Virus record (IMG/VR): IMGVR_UViG_3300000949_000001
Span: 1 to 30,627 of that record
Length of the DNA: 30,627 nt
Direction: 5' to 3' (one strand)
Source of the DNA: a virus
Shown: positions 1 to 6,704 of the stretch, piece after piece
Numbering within the stretch: the first letter of the stretch is position 1
Layout of the letters: every line of letters begins with the position of its first letter
Translations under genes and position numbers: made by a program
Notes under the pieces: generated by a model
Told to the model about the DNA's origin: nothing
Databases searched by the model: none
Seen by the model: the letters and a program-made list of their open reading frames with translations, nothing else

Positions 1-49
1 AGGCATTGGAGAATTATCTTTCGACTGAAACTCTGAAAGTGAAAAATTA
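1..49. repeat. Terminal direct repeat, left copy (identical to 30579..30627)
   Basis: The 49 nt AGGCATTGGAGAATTATCTTTCGACTGAAACTCTGAAAGTGAAAAATTA occur at both window ends. This is consistent with a circularly closed assembly or terminal redundancy. Confidence 0.95.
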
Positions 50-598
50 TCTGTTAATTTCATTGTAAAATTTTAAATTTGTTTTATTTTTTCTTTGTCC
101 ATTTAACATTCTATTTAAGTAAGGTTGACTATAACCTATTTCTAAAGCAGCAGACGCAACAGTATCATATATTTTACCACTACACAAATCAACAACTTTT
201 TTAGAACGATTATTTAAATATCCTTTTCTGCTAACTTTTTTGATAAGATTATTTTCTTTTGCGTGTTTCATATTTTCTTTTGGAGTACACCATTCTAAAT
301 TAGTTATTTTATTATCAGTTTTGTCGCAATTAATATGATTTACTTGTGATTTGTTTTTTTTATTTTCTATAAAGCTATTAGCAACCAATCTATGCACTAA
401 ATACGTTTTATTACTTCCATTTAAATATAACCCAACATATTGATATCCTTTATTAGTTGTTTTATTTAAAATTCTTTCAGGTATAATTCTATAACCCCAA
501 CCTTGTTTTACTATTCTTCTTAATGATTTAACATTTCCAAAATTAGATACTTGATAAAAACCTTCATATCCTTCAATATCGTTCCAAACTTCTTTCAT
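47..598 (-). CDS. NUMOD4/HNH homing endonuclease (paralogue 1)
   Basis: NUMOD4-like N-terminus WNDIEGYEGFYQVSNFGNVKS. HNH_3-like core HRLVANSF...VNHIN...NLEWCTPKENMKH. The track ORF starts at TTG 646, but ATG 598 (MKEVW) starts exactly at the NUMOD4 motif. Confidence 0.85.
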   Translation of the reverse strand: MKEVWNDIEGYEGFYQVSNFGNVKSLRRIVKQGWGYRIIPERILNKTTNKGYQYVGLYLNGSNKTYLVHRLVANSFIENKKNKSQVNHINCDKTDNKITNLEWCTPKENMKHAKENNLIKKVSRKGYLNNRSKKVVDLCSGKIYDTVASAALEIGYSQPYLNRMLNGQRKNKTNLKFYNEINR

Positions 599-690
599 AA
601 AATAAAATACCTTGCCAAGCAGAGGTAGTGCATCTCTTTTCAGCAAGGATTTTAATAATTTTTTATATTAGTAGGCACTACTCTACAATT

Positions 691-700
691 GTAAATATAC
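691..700 (-). promoter_or_regulatory. Candidate late-promoter box GTATATTTAC (minus strand), copy 1
   Basis: The same 10-mer also occurs at 9849-9858 and 29175-29184. All copies are intergenic and upstream of minus-strand genes. It resembles the Bacteroidetes -7 box TAnnTTTG with A at the last position. Confidence 0.3.
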
Positions 701-739
701 GAAATAAATTTTAATGAATCAAATTCTGATTTACTAAAG

Positions 740-907
740 TTATTTGTCAGTTTCATCTTTTTTACTTTTCATTTCTATTATTTTTAAAACTGTATAAATA
801 ATAGAAACACATAATAAAAGTATTTTCAATGCTCTTTCAACGTTTGTAAACGAAACCGCCATAGCTGAAGCGTTTAGTGCATATAATCTTATGTCATCAA
901 AACTCAT
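740..907 (-). CDS. Small membrane protein, holin/antiholin candidate (55 aa, below track cutoff)
   Basis: Hand translation gives MSFDDIRLYALNASAMAVSFTNVERALKILLLCVSIIYTVLKIIEMKSKKDETDK. It has one hydrophobic helix and a charged C-terminus. Its ATG overlaps the upstream stop (ATGA at 904-907). Confidence 0.45.
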   Translation of the reverse strand: MSFDDIRLYALNASAMAVSFTNVERALKILLLCVSIIYTVLKIIEMKSKKDETDK

Positions 908-1098
908 TTTTTTGTGTTATAAAGTCGTTCAACAATATCGGTAACTCCTTGTAATGAAATATAAGCAGTTGCAACAATTACCCAATCATTACTTTCTAAA
1001 CTCCCGCTGAATAAACCAGCGGAAGCTGTAAAAAATACAATTAGTTTTCGTGAAACCCACTTTGATAAAAATAAATCTATCTTTTCCTTTCTACTCAT
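904..1098 (-). CDS. Small two-TM protein, holin candidate
   Basis: Two hydrophobic segments (LIVFFTASAGLFSG and WVIVATAYISLQGV) and a charged C-terminus. TAATG overlap with the upstream gene at 1098. Confidence 0.5.
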   Translation of the reverse strand: MSRKEKIDLFLSKWVSRKLIVFFTASAGLFSGSLESNDWVIVATAYISLQGVTDIVERLYNTKK

Positions 1099-1406
1099 TA
1101 GACACCGTAAAAAGAATGTTTAGGATTGTTAACTTCGATTTCATTTTCAAAATGTATTTCATTGTCTGTTAATACATCGTAATGATACCCATCTGCGTAA
1201 ATAGGTGCAGTTAGTTCGTTGAAATCCTCATCGTAAGTTCCATTCTCCAAAACGATTAAACCCAATTCAACGATTGCGTGAACTCCTTTTGCATATGATA
1301 AAATAGTTTCGTTATCTTCGTTTTCAATTTCTACATAAGCACCTTTTGCTAATAAATCAGCGATTGCAGTTTCTTTGTCTTGATATTTTAGTTTATATAC
1401 TTTCAT
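1098..1406 (-). CDS. Hypothetical protein (acidic, 102 aa)
   Basis: Long ORF in the gene-dense minus-strand array. No motif recognised. Confidence 0.6.
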   Translation of the reverse strand: MKVYKLKYQDKETAIADLLAKGAYVEIENEDNETILSYAKGVHAIVELGLIVLENGTYDEDFNELTAPIYADGYHYDVLTDNEIHFENEIEVNNPKHSFYGV

Positions 1407-1417
1407 TTTTATTAATT

Positions 1418-2611
1418 TTATAAAGTTGTTAATGCTTGTAATTCTGCGTTTGTTAATCTTTCATTGTAGTATTTTATTTGACTTACTCTAGCTCCAATTT
1501 GATTTGCTTGATTTAAAGTAATTTCGTTAAGAGATTCCCAAGCAGAAGCAGTTCCAACTGCTATTTGTATTCCATTCACATAAAAAATACTTTCCGTTGA
1601 TGAAAAAGATAATGATGCTTTAACAACACCACTAATAAAATTACTAGAACCTTGCAGTTTGATAGTACCTAATTGTCTAAATTGTGCAGTTAAAATGTTA
1701 TCTCCACTAGAATAAATAACCATTCTATTGTTATTACTTCCTGCGGTTAAACCTATGAAAGCAAAAGTATTATTAATGTTAGGAAATTCAACAAATAAAG
1801 TCCCATCTGTTTGTCCTATAATCCCACTTGGTGGAGTTTGACTACAAACATCAGCCACCCTTGTAACTGCACTCCCTTGCGTTGGTATGTAAGAAGTAGC
1901 GTAGCTTCCAGCTTCAAATTGCGCCCCCCATAAATAAACACTACCAAAGCCAACATTTGCACCATTTTGTTCTGTACAAGTTACTTGAACTATTGTATTT
2001 GAATTATTACCAACAAGAGTACATCTATACCATCCGTTTCCGTAATATTCTATTTTAGCATCTAAAGCTGATATTGTAGTCCCTACTGAACCATTTTCTA
2101 TATCAAACCAAGCGTATGAACTTGTAGAACGAAGCCTTATAAATTGAATATCTTTATACTTTGCAAATACACTAAAAGAATAATCCCCACTACCACCAAT
2201 ACCATCACTAACCCCGCCTCCAGCAGCAGAAGTTACTATTAAATCCGCATTTAACGTTCCATCTGGCGATATAACTTGATTTTCATTAACAGTTGAACTC
2301 CCTTTAATCCAAGCAGCATTACTAAAATCTTCCGAATAAGGTATTAAATTAGTTCTCTGTGGCTCTAACAACAAACTTGGACATCCACTAACAACCCCAT
2401 CAATCATTGGATAGTTAAGTCTTGGCACGTTGCTTAAAACCTCCTCTATTAAACCTTCTGAATTTACTCTTGTTGCGTTATAACTTGGTAATGCTCCTGC
2501 TCTTGAAAATGTAAAATCTCCAGTTCCATCTGTTGGTAATACACTATATACTTTTGATGCTTTGTATCCTGAAGGGATTAAACACAATTTTGGATTTATT
2601 GTCAATGCCAT
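1418..2611 (-). CDS. Fibre / receptor-binding-like protein with C-terminal LamG (Laminin_G_3-like) lectin fold
   Basis: C-terminus ...FYVNGIQIAVG...IGARVSQIKYYNERLTNAELQAL matches the Laminin_G_3 pattern. The central EPQRTNLIPYSEDFSNAAW motif is common in phage fibre and spike proteins. Confidence 0.6.
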   Translation of the reverse strand: MALTINPKLCLIPSGYKASKVYSVLPTDGTGDFTFSRAGALPSYNATRVNSEGLIEEVLSNVPRLNYPMIDGVVSGCPSLLLEPQRTNLIPYSEDFSNAAWIKGSSTVNENQVISPDGTLNADLIVTSAAGGGVSDGIGGSGDYSFSVFAKYKDIQFIRLRSTSSYAWFDIENGSVGTTISALDAKIEYYGNGWYRCTLVGNNSNTIVQVTCTEQNGANVGFGSVYLWGAQFEAGSYATSYIPTQGSAVTRVADVCSQTPPSGIIGQTDGTLFVEFPNINNTFAFIGLTAGSNNNRMVIYSSGDNILTAQFRQLGTIKLQGSSNFISGVVKASLSFSSTESIFYVNGIQIAVGTASAWESLNEITLNQANQIGARVSQIKYYNERLTNAELQALTTL

Positions 2612-2646
2612 AAATTATAATTTACACAAAATTAATTAATTAATTT

Positions 2647-3237
2647 TTAAAACGTCAAAACAGTTATCAAAAATGAATTTACAATTGCAGTTCCTGATCC
2701 TGACGATTTAATTTGAATTTTTACATCGCTTTCTTGAATGTTGGAATCAGTATAAAATTGAATTGTATTTACAAAATGATTTTCTAAATGCTTACTTCCT
2801 AAGTCTAAATGTAAAAAATGAAGCTCTTTGTCTATATCAGGAAAATAAATCCTTGCGTCAAAATGTTGGTTTGACGATCCTTCTATATAATTGAAATCAG
2901 TTCGTAATAAAATTATTTTTCCGTTCGGAATCTCATTTAAAGAAATTGTATTGTTGGCGCTATTCCATAAATCGCCACTTACATAACCAGGCTTATATGT
3001 TGTCAATGTATCAGGCCCAGCTTTGTCGTTAGTTAAATCAACCCAAGTGTCAGCGGTTACTACAATTGGCGTTGTTTCCGTTGTTAAATCCTGATAATAA
3101 GCGAAACCCCCTTTGTCATCATATAATTGATTTACCGAGGATTTAATTTCGTTCATATCCAAAGCTGCAACCTTATTGATTGAAGGGAGTTCAGAAATTT
3201 GATTGTCTAGTTTTGTTTCGAATGTGATTTTAGCCAT
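2647..3237 (-). CDS. Hypothetical structural protein
   Basis: 196-aa ORF between the tail-completion gene and the fibre-like gene. No motif recognised. Confidence 0.55.
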   Translation of the reverse strand: MAKITFETKLDNQISELPSINKVAALDMNEIKSSVNQLYDDKGGFAYYQDLTTETTPIVVTADTWVDLTNDKAGPDTLTTYKPGYVSGDLWNSANNTISLNEIPNGKIILLRTDFNYIEGSSNQHFDARIYFPDIDKELHFLHLDLGSKHLENHFVNTIQFYTDSNIQESDVKIQIKSSGSGTAIVNSFLITVLTF

Positions 3238-3246
3238 TTTTTTTAT

Positions 3247-3732
3247 TTATGATTGTAGTTCTACTTGAATTTCTGATTGTAACCCTCCTGTTGTTTCTAT
3301 TTGCTCCATTTTGTTCGATATTTCAATAATTGCCCTGAAATATGTGTAATCTTTTAAATCGTCCTGTAAATAGCTTACTCCTTCGTTAACAGTTGTGTAA
3401 ACTTTAAAACCACTAGCTGATAAGTCTGCATATTCGTTTGATCGTGTTCTAATTAATTCCAAAACCTTAGAAACCATCAAATCAGTATCCAACTCGCCTC
3501 CGTCATCTGAATAAAATCTTGAAATACATTCAATCCTGGTAATTGCCTCCGTAATAAAAGAACTTTGATTTTGATCAGTTTCGTCCAAAGAAACTCCATA
3601 AACCCTAATCAAAGGATAATTTGCGTCATTTGGAATTCTATTATAAACAGGAACGACAATGTTATTTATAAAAACATTATTTTTCAACTTGTTTATTATT
3701 GCTCTTCTTAATAAATGAATTGCGCTCTTCAT
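3247..3732 (-). CDS. Tail completion / terminator-like protein (call based mainly on position)
   Basis: It follows the HK97 gp10-like gene. The PVYNRIPNDANYPLIRVYGV segment resembles DUF3168-type tail-completion proteins. Confidence 0.45.
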   Translation of the reverse strand: MKSAIHLLRRAIINKLKNNVFINNIVVPVYNRIPNDANYPLIRVYGVSLDETDQNQSSFITEAITRIECISRFYSDDGGELDTDLMVSKVLELIRTRSNEYADLSASGFKVYTTVNEGVSYLQDDLKDYTYFRAIIEISNKMEQIETTGGLQSEIQVELQS

Positions 3733-3736
3733 AATT

Positions 3737-4174
3737 TTAATTTATAGCGTTGTTTATTTCCCCTTTTAGCCTATTCAATAAATTATTAAATCCGATCCTT
3801 GCGGAACTAAAAAAGAACGGTCTAGCTGGTAAATTTATATTTTTTATTCCTTTGCCTTTGAACTGTGCTGCATAACTTGACGGAATTCCTAGGGCTTCCA
3901 TATCAGTCAAATCAACATTTCCGCCAGTTCCAAATTCTACATAAGGCGCATATTTTGCACCTGCTACAACATCAGCAATTTTTCCTTTTTTTTCTGCTCT
4001 AATAGATTGCTTTAAAGTTCCAGTATCAACAGGCGCATTTTGCTTTGCTAATCTTGAAATTTCCAAAGCTGTACGTCCAATTTCATTTGACAATGTTTTT
4101 TTGTCGAATGTTCTTAAATTATCCAACCTCTTCTTTAAAAGTTTCAAATCCCCTTGATCAATTTTAACGCTCAT
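3737..4174 (-). CDS. HK97 gp10-like head-tail component
   Basis: Motif AKQNAPVDTGTLKQSI is typical of the HK97-gp10_like family. Gene order supports the call. Confidence 0.7.
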   Translation of the reverse strand: MSVKIDQGDLKLLKKRLDNLRTFDKKTLSNEIGRTALEISRLAKQNAPVDTGTLKQSIRAEKKGKIADVVAGAKYAPYVEFGTGGNVDLTDMEALGIPSSYAAQFKGKGIKNINLPARPFFFSSARIGFNNLLNRLKGEINNAIN

Positions 4175-4501
4175 TTAATTTGATTTTGTGGCAATTATTT
4201 TCGTAGCATAATCCAAGTTATATTCAAACTTTTCATTTATACGATATTCTTGCGTTCCATTATTGACTGTAAAAATATCGCCCACCAAAACCAAATCTGA
4301 CGTTCTTTTACGCAATATAATTTCAACGCCTACATTGTGAGTTCTTTTACCAAAATTATCTTCTATTTCGCCGCTTATTTCTTTTAGATCGCACCAAACA
4401 TTCGCAACCTCCTGGAGTGTTGAATTGTACCCTCCAAATTCGTCTTCAGTTTTTACTAATCGTTTTATTTTTAATCTTGTATTTAATTTTCCGCTTTGCA
4501 T
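4175..4501 (-). CDS. Head-tail joining (head closure) protein
   Basis: MQSGKLNTRLKIKR...DEFGG...VWCDLKEISGE pattern of the Phage_H_T_join family. ATG/stop overlap at 4501. Confidence 0.7.
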   Translation of the reverse strand: MQSGKLNTRLKIKRLVKTEDEFGGYNSTLQEVANVWCDLKEISGEIEDNFGKRTHNVGVEIILRKRTSDLVLVGDIFTVNNGTQEYRINEKFEYNLDYATKIIATKSN

Positions 4502-5019
4502 TACAAAAACATTGCTTTATAAGAGTTTAGAATATTTTTAGAGGATGTTGGAATTGCTTGAACTCCTTTTAAATCGCCTGAATCAAAATCAGCTCTATTG
4601 TCATAATAAGTTGATATTAATTGCAGCATTGCCTGTTTAATTAAACCATCATTCAATCCACTTGTTACATAAGTAACTTTAACCCTTTCAGCTGGGCCTT
4701 GATCAAGTTCAATGCTTTCATTATCCAATCCCAAAATCTCATAGTTAACAGTTGCAGTTCCATCAATTAAAACCTCATCAATACTTGCAACAGGCCCAAA
4801 TGGCAAATCAAATAATCCGTTTGTTGTATCCATATAGTAAGTTCGATTTTTTGGAACTATATCCCTGGAAATGTAATTTTCGCACCAAATTCGTGCCTGA
4901 ATAATCATTGTGGCAATTAGATTGTCATCTGCTGAAGTGTCAATTCTGACATAATCCTTTACGTCTTGCGGAATCAATATTTCATTGCCTTGCTGAGAAT
5001 TAATTTTGATCTGTCTCAT
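4501..5019 (-). CDS. gp6-like head-tail connector
   Basis: VKDYVRIDTSADDNLIATMIIQARIWCENY matches the Phage_connect_1 pattern. Confidence 0.7.
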   Translation of the reverse strand: MRQIKINSQQGNEILIPQDVKDYVRIDTSADDNLIATMIIQARIWCENYISRDIVPKNRTYYMDTTNGLFDLPFGPVASIDEVLIDGTATVNYEILGLDNESIELDQGPAERVKVTYVTSGLNDGLIKQAMLQLISTYYDNRADFDSGDLKGVQAIPTSSKNILNSYKAMFL

Positions 5020-5200
5020 TTTCTTTGATTTCTATAAATTCAACTTTTAGTTCCTTAGTCTCGTATTTTGTTTTGTTTTTCTTTGTAGCAAAGCCTTTTT
5101 TGATCCAAATTTTAGCAATATTATCAGGTAAATCTATAACATCACCCTCTACATATCTATTTCCGTTTCTTAAAATTGGCTGTTTTATTTTTAAATTCAT
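5000..5200 (-). CDS. Hypothetical small protein (66 aa)
   Basis: ORF overlapping the connector gene start by 20 nt. It is the first gene after the terminator at 5225-5254. Confidence 0.5.
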   Translation of the reverse strand: MNLKIKQPILRNGNRYVEGDVIDLPDNIAKIWIKKGFATKKNKTKYETKELKVEFIEIKENETDQN

Positions 5201-5224
5201 TTTATAAACTTTTTGTAAAAATAC

Positions 5225-5254
5225 AAAAAAACCGCCACTATAAAATAATGACGG
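5225..5254 (-). terminator. Intrinsic terminator-like hairpin after the PD-(D/E)XK gene
   Basis: The minus RNA forms CCGUCA-loop11-UGGCGG followed by U7. One pair is G.U on the minus RNA but a C.A mismatch on the plus RNA, which favours minus-strand function. Confidence 0.55.
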
Positions 5255-5280
5255 TTTTAAACAAAAACAAATATGAAATC

Positions 5281-5640
5281 TTATAAGAATTCAAAGTTAT
5301 TAAAATTTTCTGACATTACCTTTTTTTTATCTAAAGTTATAAATTTTATTTTGCCATCGTTTTTAAAAATATAAAACCCATCGTAAAACTTTAAATAAAT
5401 AGCGAAATAGTCAACATTTTCAAGTGTGTAATTGTTATGTTTTGTACTTATCCAGCATTTTAATTTTTCAGAATCTGCTTGAACTGATTTAATTTGTATT
5501 TTTTTCAGGGAACTTCCTGTGTCAACAATACAATCATAAGGCGAGGCGTCTAATAATGGGAATGAAACAGTCAAACCTTTTTCCATTGCTTTAACTGCAA
5601 ATTTGTATTCCGCCAAACATCCAATTAAATTAGTATTCAT
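5281..5640 (-). CDS. PD-(D/E)XK endonuclease (PDDEXK_5, I-Ssp6803I-like)
   Basis: GCLAEYKFAVKAMEKGLTVSFPLLDASPYDCIVD...KKIQIKS matches the E...G..V..P..D..yD...QxK pattern of that family. Confidence 0.6.
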   Translation of the reverse strand: MNTNLIGCLAEYKFAVKAMEKGLTVSFPLLDASPYDCIVDTGSSLKKIQIKSVQADSEKLKCWISTKHNNYTLENVDYFAIYLKFYDGFYIFKNDGKIKFITLDKKKVMSENFNNFEFL

Positions 5641-5644
5641 TTTT

Positions 5645-5652
5645 CAAATATA
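5645..5652 (-). promoter_or_regulatory. TAtaTTTG box (Bacteroidetes -7-like)
   Basis: Plus strand reads CAAATATA. It ends only 4 nt before ATG 5640, so it implies a leaderless transcript or is a chance match. Confidence 0.25.
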
Positions 5653-5653
5653 T

Positions 5654-5682
5654 AAAAAAAACCGCTTCAATTACGAAAACGG
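5654..5682 (-). terminator. Intrinsic terminator-like hairpin ending the small-gene operon
   Basis: The minus RNA forms CCGUUUU...AAGCGG (7 bp including two G.U pairs) followed by U8. Confidence 0.5.
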
Positions 5683-5709
5683 TTTTCCTCTCATAAAAAA
5701 AAATAATCA

Positions 5710-5853
5710 CTATTTTTTTGATCTTGTTGTTAATAGCGACAAAAATATAAGTAACAAAAATAAAGCACCAATAAAATCGCCATATAAAATGTACTGTCTT
5801 ATTCCAAAGAATAAAAATAAAGCTGTCAATAAAATTTTTATATTTTTAATCAT
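5710..5853 (-). CDS. Small two-TM membrane protein (47 aa, below track cutoff)
   Basis: Hand translation gives MIKNIKILLTALFLFFGIRQYILYGDFIGALFLLLIFLSLLTTRSKK. TAATG overlap with the upstream ORF. Confidence 0.45.
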   Translation of the reverse strand: MIKNIKILLTALFLFFGIRQYILYGDFIGALFLLLIFLSLLTTRSKK

Positions 5854-5972
5854 TACATCATATCAATTTTATAACATTTGTAAGAACAAACGCCAGGTTT
5901 ATCAATTGGAACTTCACAAACGTTGCAAGTGTATTCCTCTTCCTCTTCAGGTAAATAGTCAAAATATTCCAT
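5853..5972 (-). CDS. Tiny Cys-rich (zinc-ribbon-like) protein (39 aa)
   Basis: Hand translation gives MEYFDYLPEEEEEYTCNVCEVPIDKPGVCSYKCYKIDMM, with CxxC...CxxxC spacing. It starts 2 nt after the DUF3310 stop. Confidence 0.4.
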   Translation of the reverse strand: MEYFDYLPEEEEEYTCNVCEVPIDKPGVCSYKCYKIDMM

Positions 5973-5974
5973 AA

Positions 5975-6190
5975 TTAATCCTCAATTTTTAAATAGTTTT
6001 CTAAATACGATAATTCTCTATTCAAATAATCCAGCGCCTTTTCCAAATCCTGAATCTCATTTTCTTTTTTTCCAGCTCGACAAATATATTTCAATACATT
6101 TCCGAGATTGAAATTCAAATTGTAATCCTTTATAACGTCAATTAAATCATAATCTTGATCGTTTTGATAATGTTTTGGAGTGTTTCTCAT
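5975..6190 (-). CDS. DUF3310 family phage protein
   Basis: HYQND...DLIDVIKDYNLNFNLGNVLKYICRAGKK...DLEKALDYL matches the DUF3310 signature. Confidence 0.7.
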   Translation of the reverse strand: MRNTPKHYQNDQDYDLIDVIKDYNLNFNLGNVLKYICRAGKKENEIQDLEKALDYLNRELSYLENYLKIED

Positions 6191-6336
6191 TGTTTTAATT
6201 TTAAAGCTCTTAAAATGGCTAATTTTACCCTTTTAAGAAATGTTTGTTTTTGTAATTCTTTTAATTGTGCTAAACTATGAATAAAAACTCTTTTTTCGTT
6301 AATTATGATAAATAATTTTTTAGAATTTTTATCCAT
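6187..6336 (-). CDS. Hypothetical small basic protein (49 aa)
   Basis: Hand translation gives MDKNSKKLFIIINEKRVFIHSLAQLKELQKQTFLKRVKLAILRALKLKQ. ATGA overlap with the DUF3310 start. Confidence 0.4.
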   Translation of the reverse strand: MDKNSKKLFIIINEKRVFIHSLAQLKELQKQTFLKRVKLAILRALKLKQ

Positions 6337-6392
6337 TTTTTTTGTGTATAATTTTAAAAGTGCCTAACAAAGTTTATAAAAAACAGCCTAAG

Positions 6393-6448
6393 CGTTGTAA
6401 ATAATTGCGTTTACATTTCACTACCGTTGTAAACAATTGCGTTTACAT
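6393..6448. repeat. Two tandem operator-like boxes (24 nt each, 32-bp period), each with an internal inverted repeat
   Basis: CGTTGTAAATAATTGCGTTTACAT at 6393-6416 and CGTTGTAAACAATTGCGTTTACAT at 6425-6448 are 23/24 identical. Each contains TGTAAA-N8-TTTACA. Confidence 0.85.
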
Positions 6449-6463
6449 ATCGCTTTTTCTAAT

Positions 6464-6471
6464 TACCTTTG
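6464..6471 (+). promoter_or_regulatory. TAccTTTG box on the plus strand, next to the operator repeats
   Basis: Exact match to TAnnTTTG. It would drive a transcript antisense to the 6537..6686 ORF. It could be a chance match. Confidence 0.2.
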
Positions 6472-6521
6472 TTTTAGATAGCTTTATAAGAATTTTAATA
6501 CATTTGTTCTCTTTATTAGTA

Positions 6522-6533
6522 GTTGTAAACAAT
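6522..6533 (+). repeat. Third copy of the operator half-site GTTGTAAACAAT
   Basis: 12-nt match to box B, immediately beside the stop of the 6537..6686 ORF. Confidence 0.6.
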
Positions 6534-6536
6534 AAA

Positions 6537-6686
6537 TTATGGGTGTTCTATTTCCTCATTCTCTATTTTTTCACAACAGTCTTTGCACCATACTTGTCTG
6601 TTCATATGCCAAAGGTGTTCGCCATCTTCAGGCGTTTCATTACACACATCGCAAGTGTAAATGGTTTGTGTTATTCTATGTCCCAT
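6537..6686 (-). CDS. Tiny zinc-ribbon protein (49 aa, below track cutoff)
   Basis: Hand translation gives MGHRITQTIYTCDVCNETPEDGEHLWHMNRQVWCKDCCEKIENEEIEHP, with CxxC...CxxCC spacing and an acidic tail. Confidence 0.45.
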   Translation of the reverse strand: MGHRITQTIYTCDVCNETPEDGEHLWHMNRQVWCKDCCEKIENEEIEHP

Positions 6687-6696
6687 AATTAAAAGA

Positions 6697-6704
6697 TTTA
6701 CAAC
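6697..6704 (-). repeat. Fourth copy of the GTTGTAAA core (inverted orientation)
   Basis: TTTACAAC on the plus strand, 11 nt upstream of ATG 6686 in the transcription direction. Confidence 0.5.

Noticed and set aside
599-646. Longer versions of ORFs starting at non-ATG codons: TTG 646 for HNH 1, GTG 7805 for the 7515 gene and TTG 29658 for the lipoprotein.
   Set aside because: The internal ATGs coincide with domain or signal-peptide starts (NUMOD4 motif, shared 20-nt leader, MKK signal peptide). The extensions add no recognisable sequence.
6393-6448. Possibility that the 32-bp-period repeats are a CRISPR array.
   Set aside because: There are only two copies. The 8-nt spacer is far too short, there are no cas genes, and the internal dyad symmetry fits a protein operator better.
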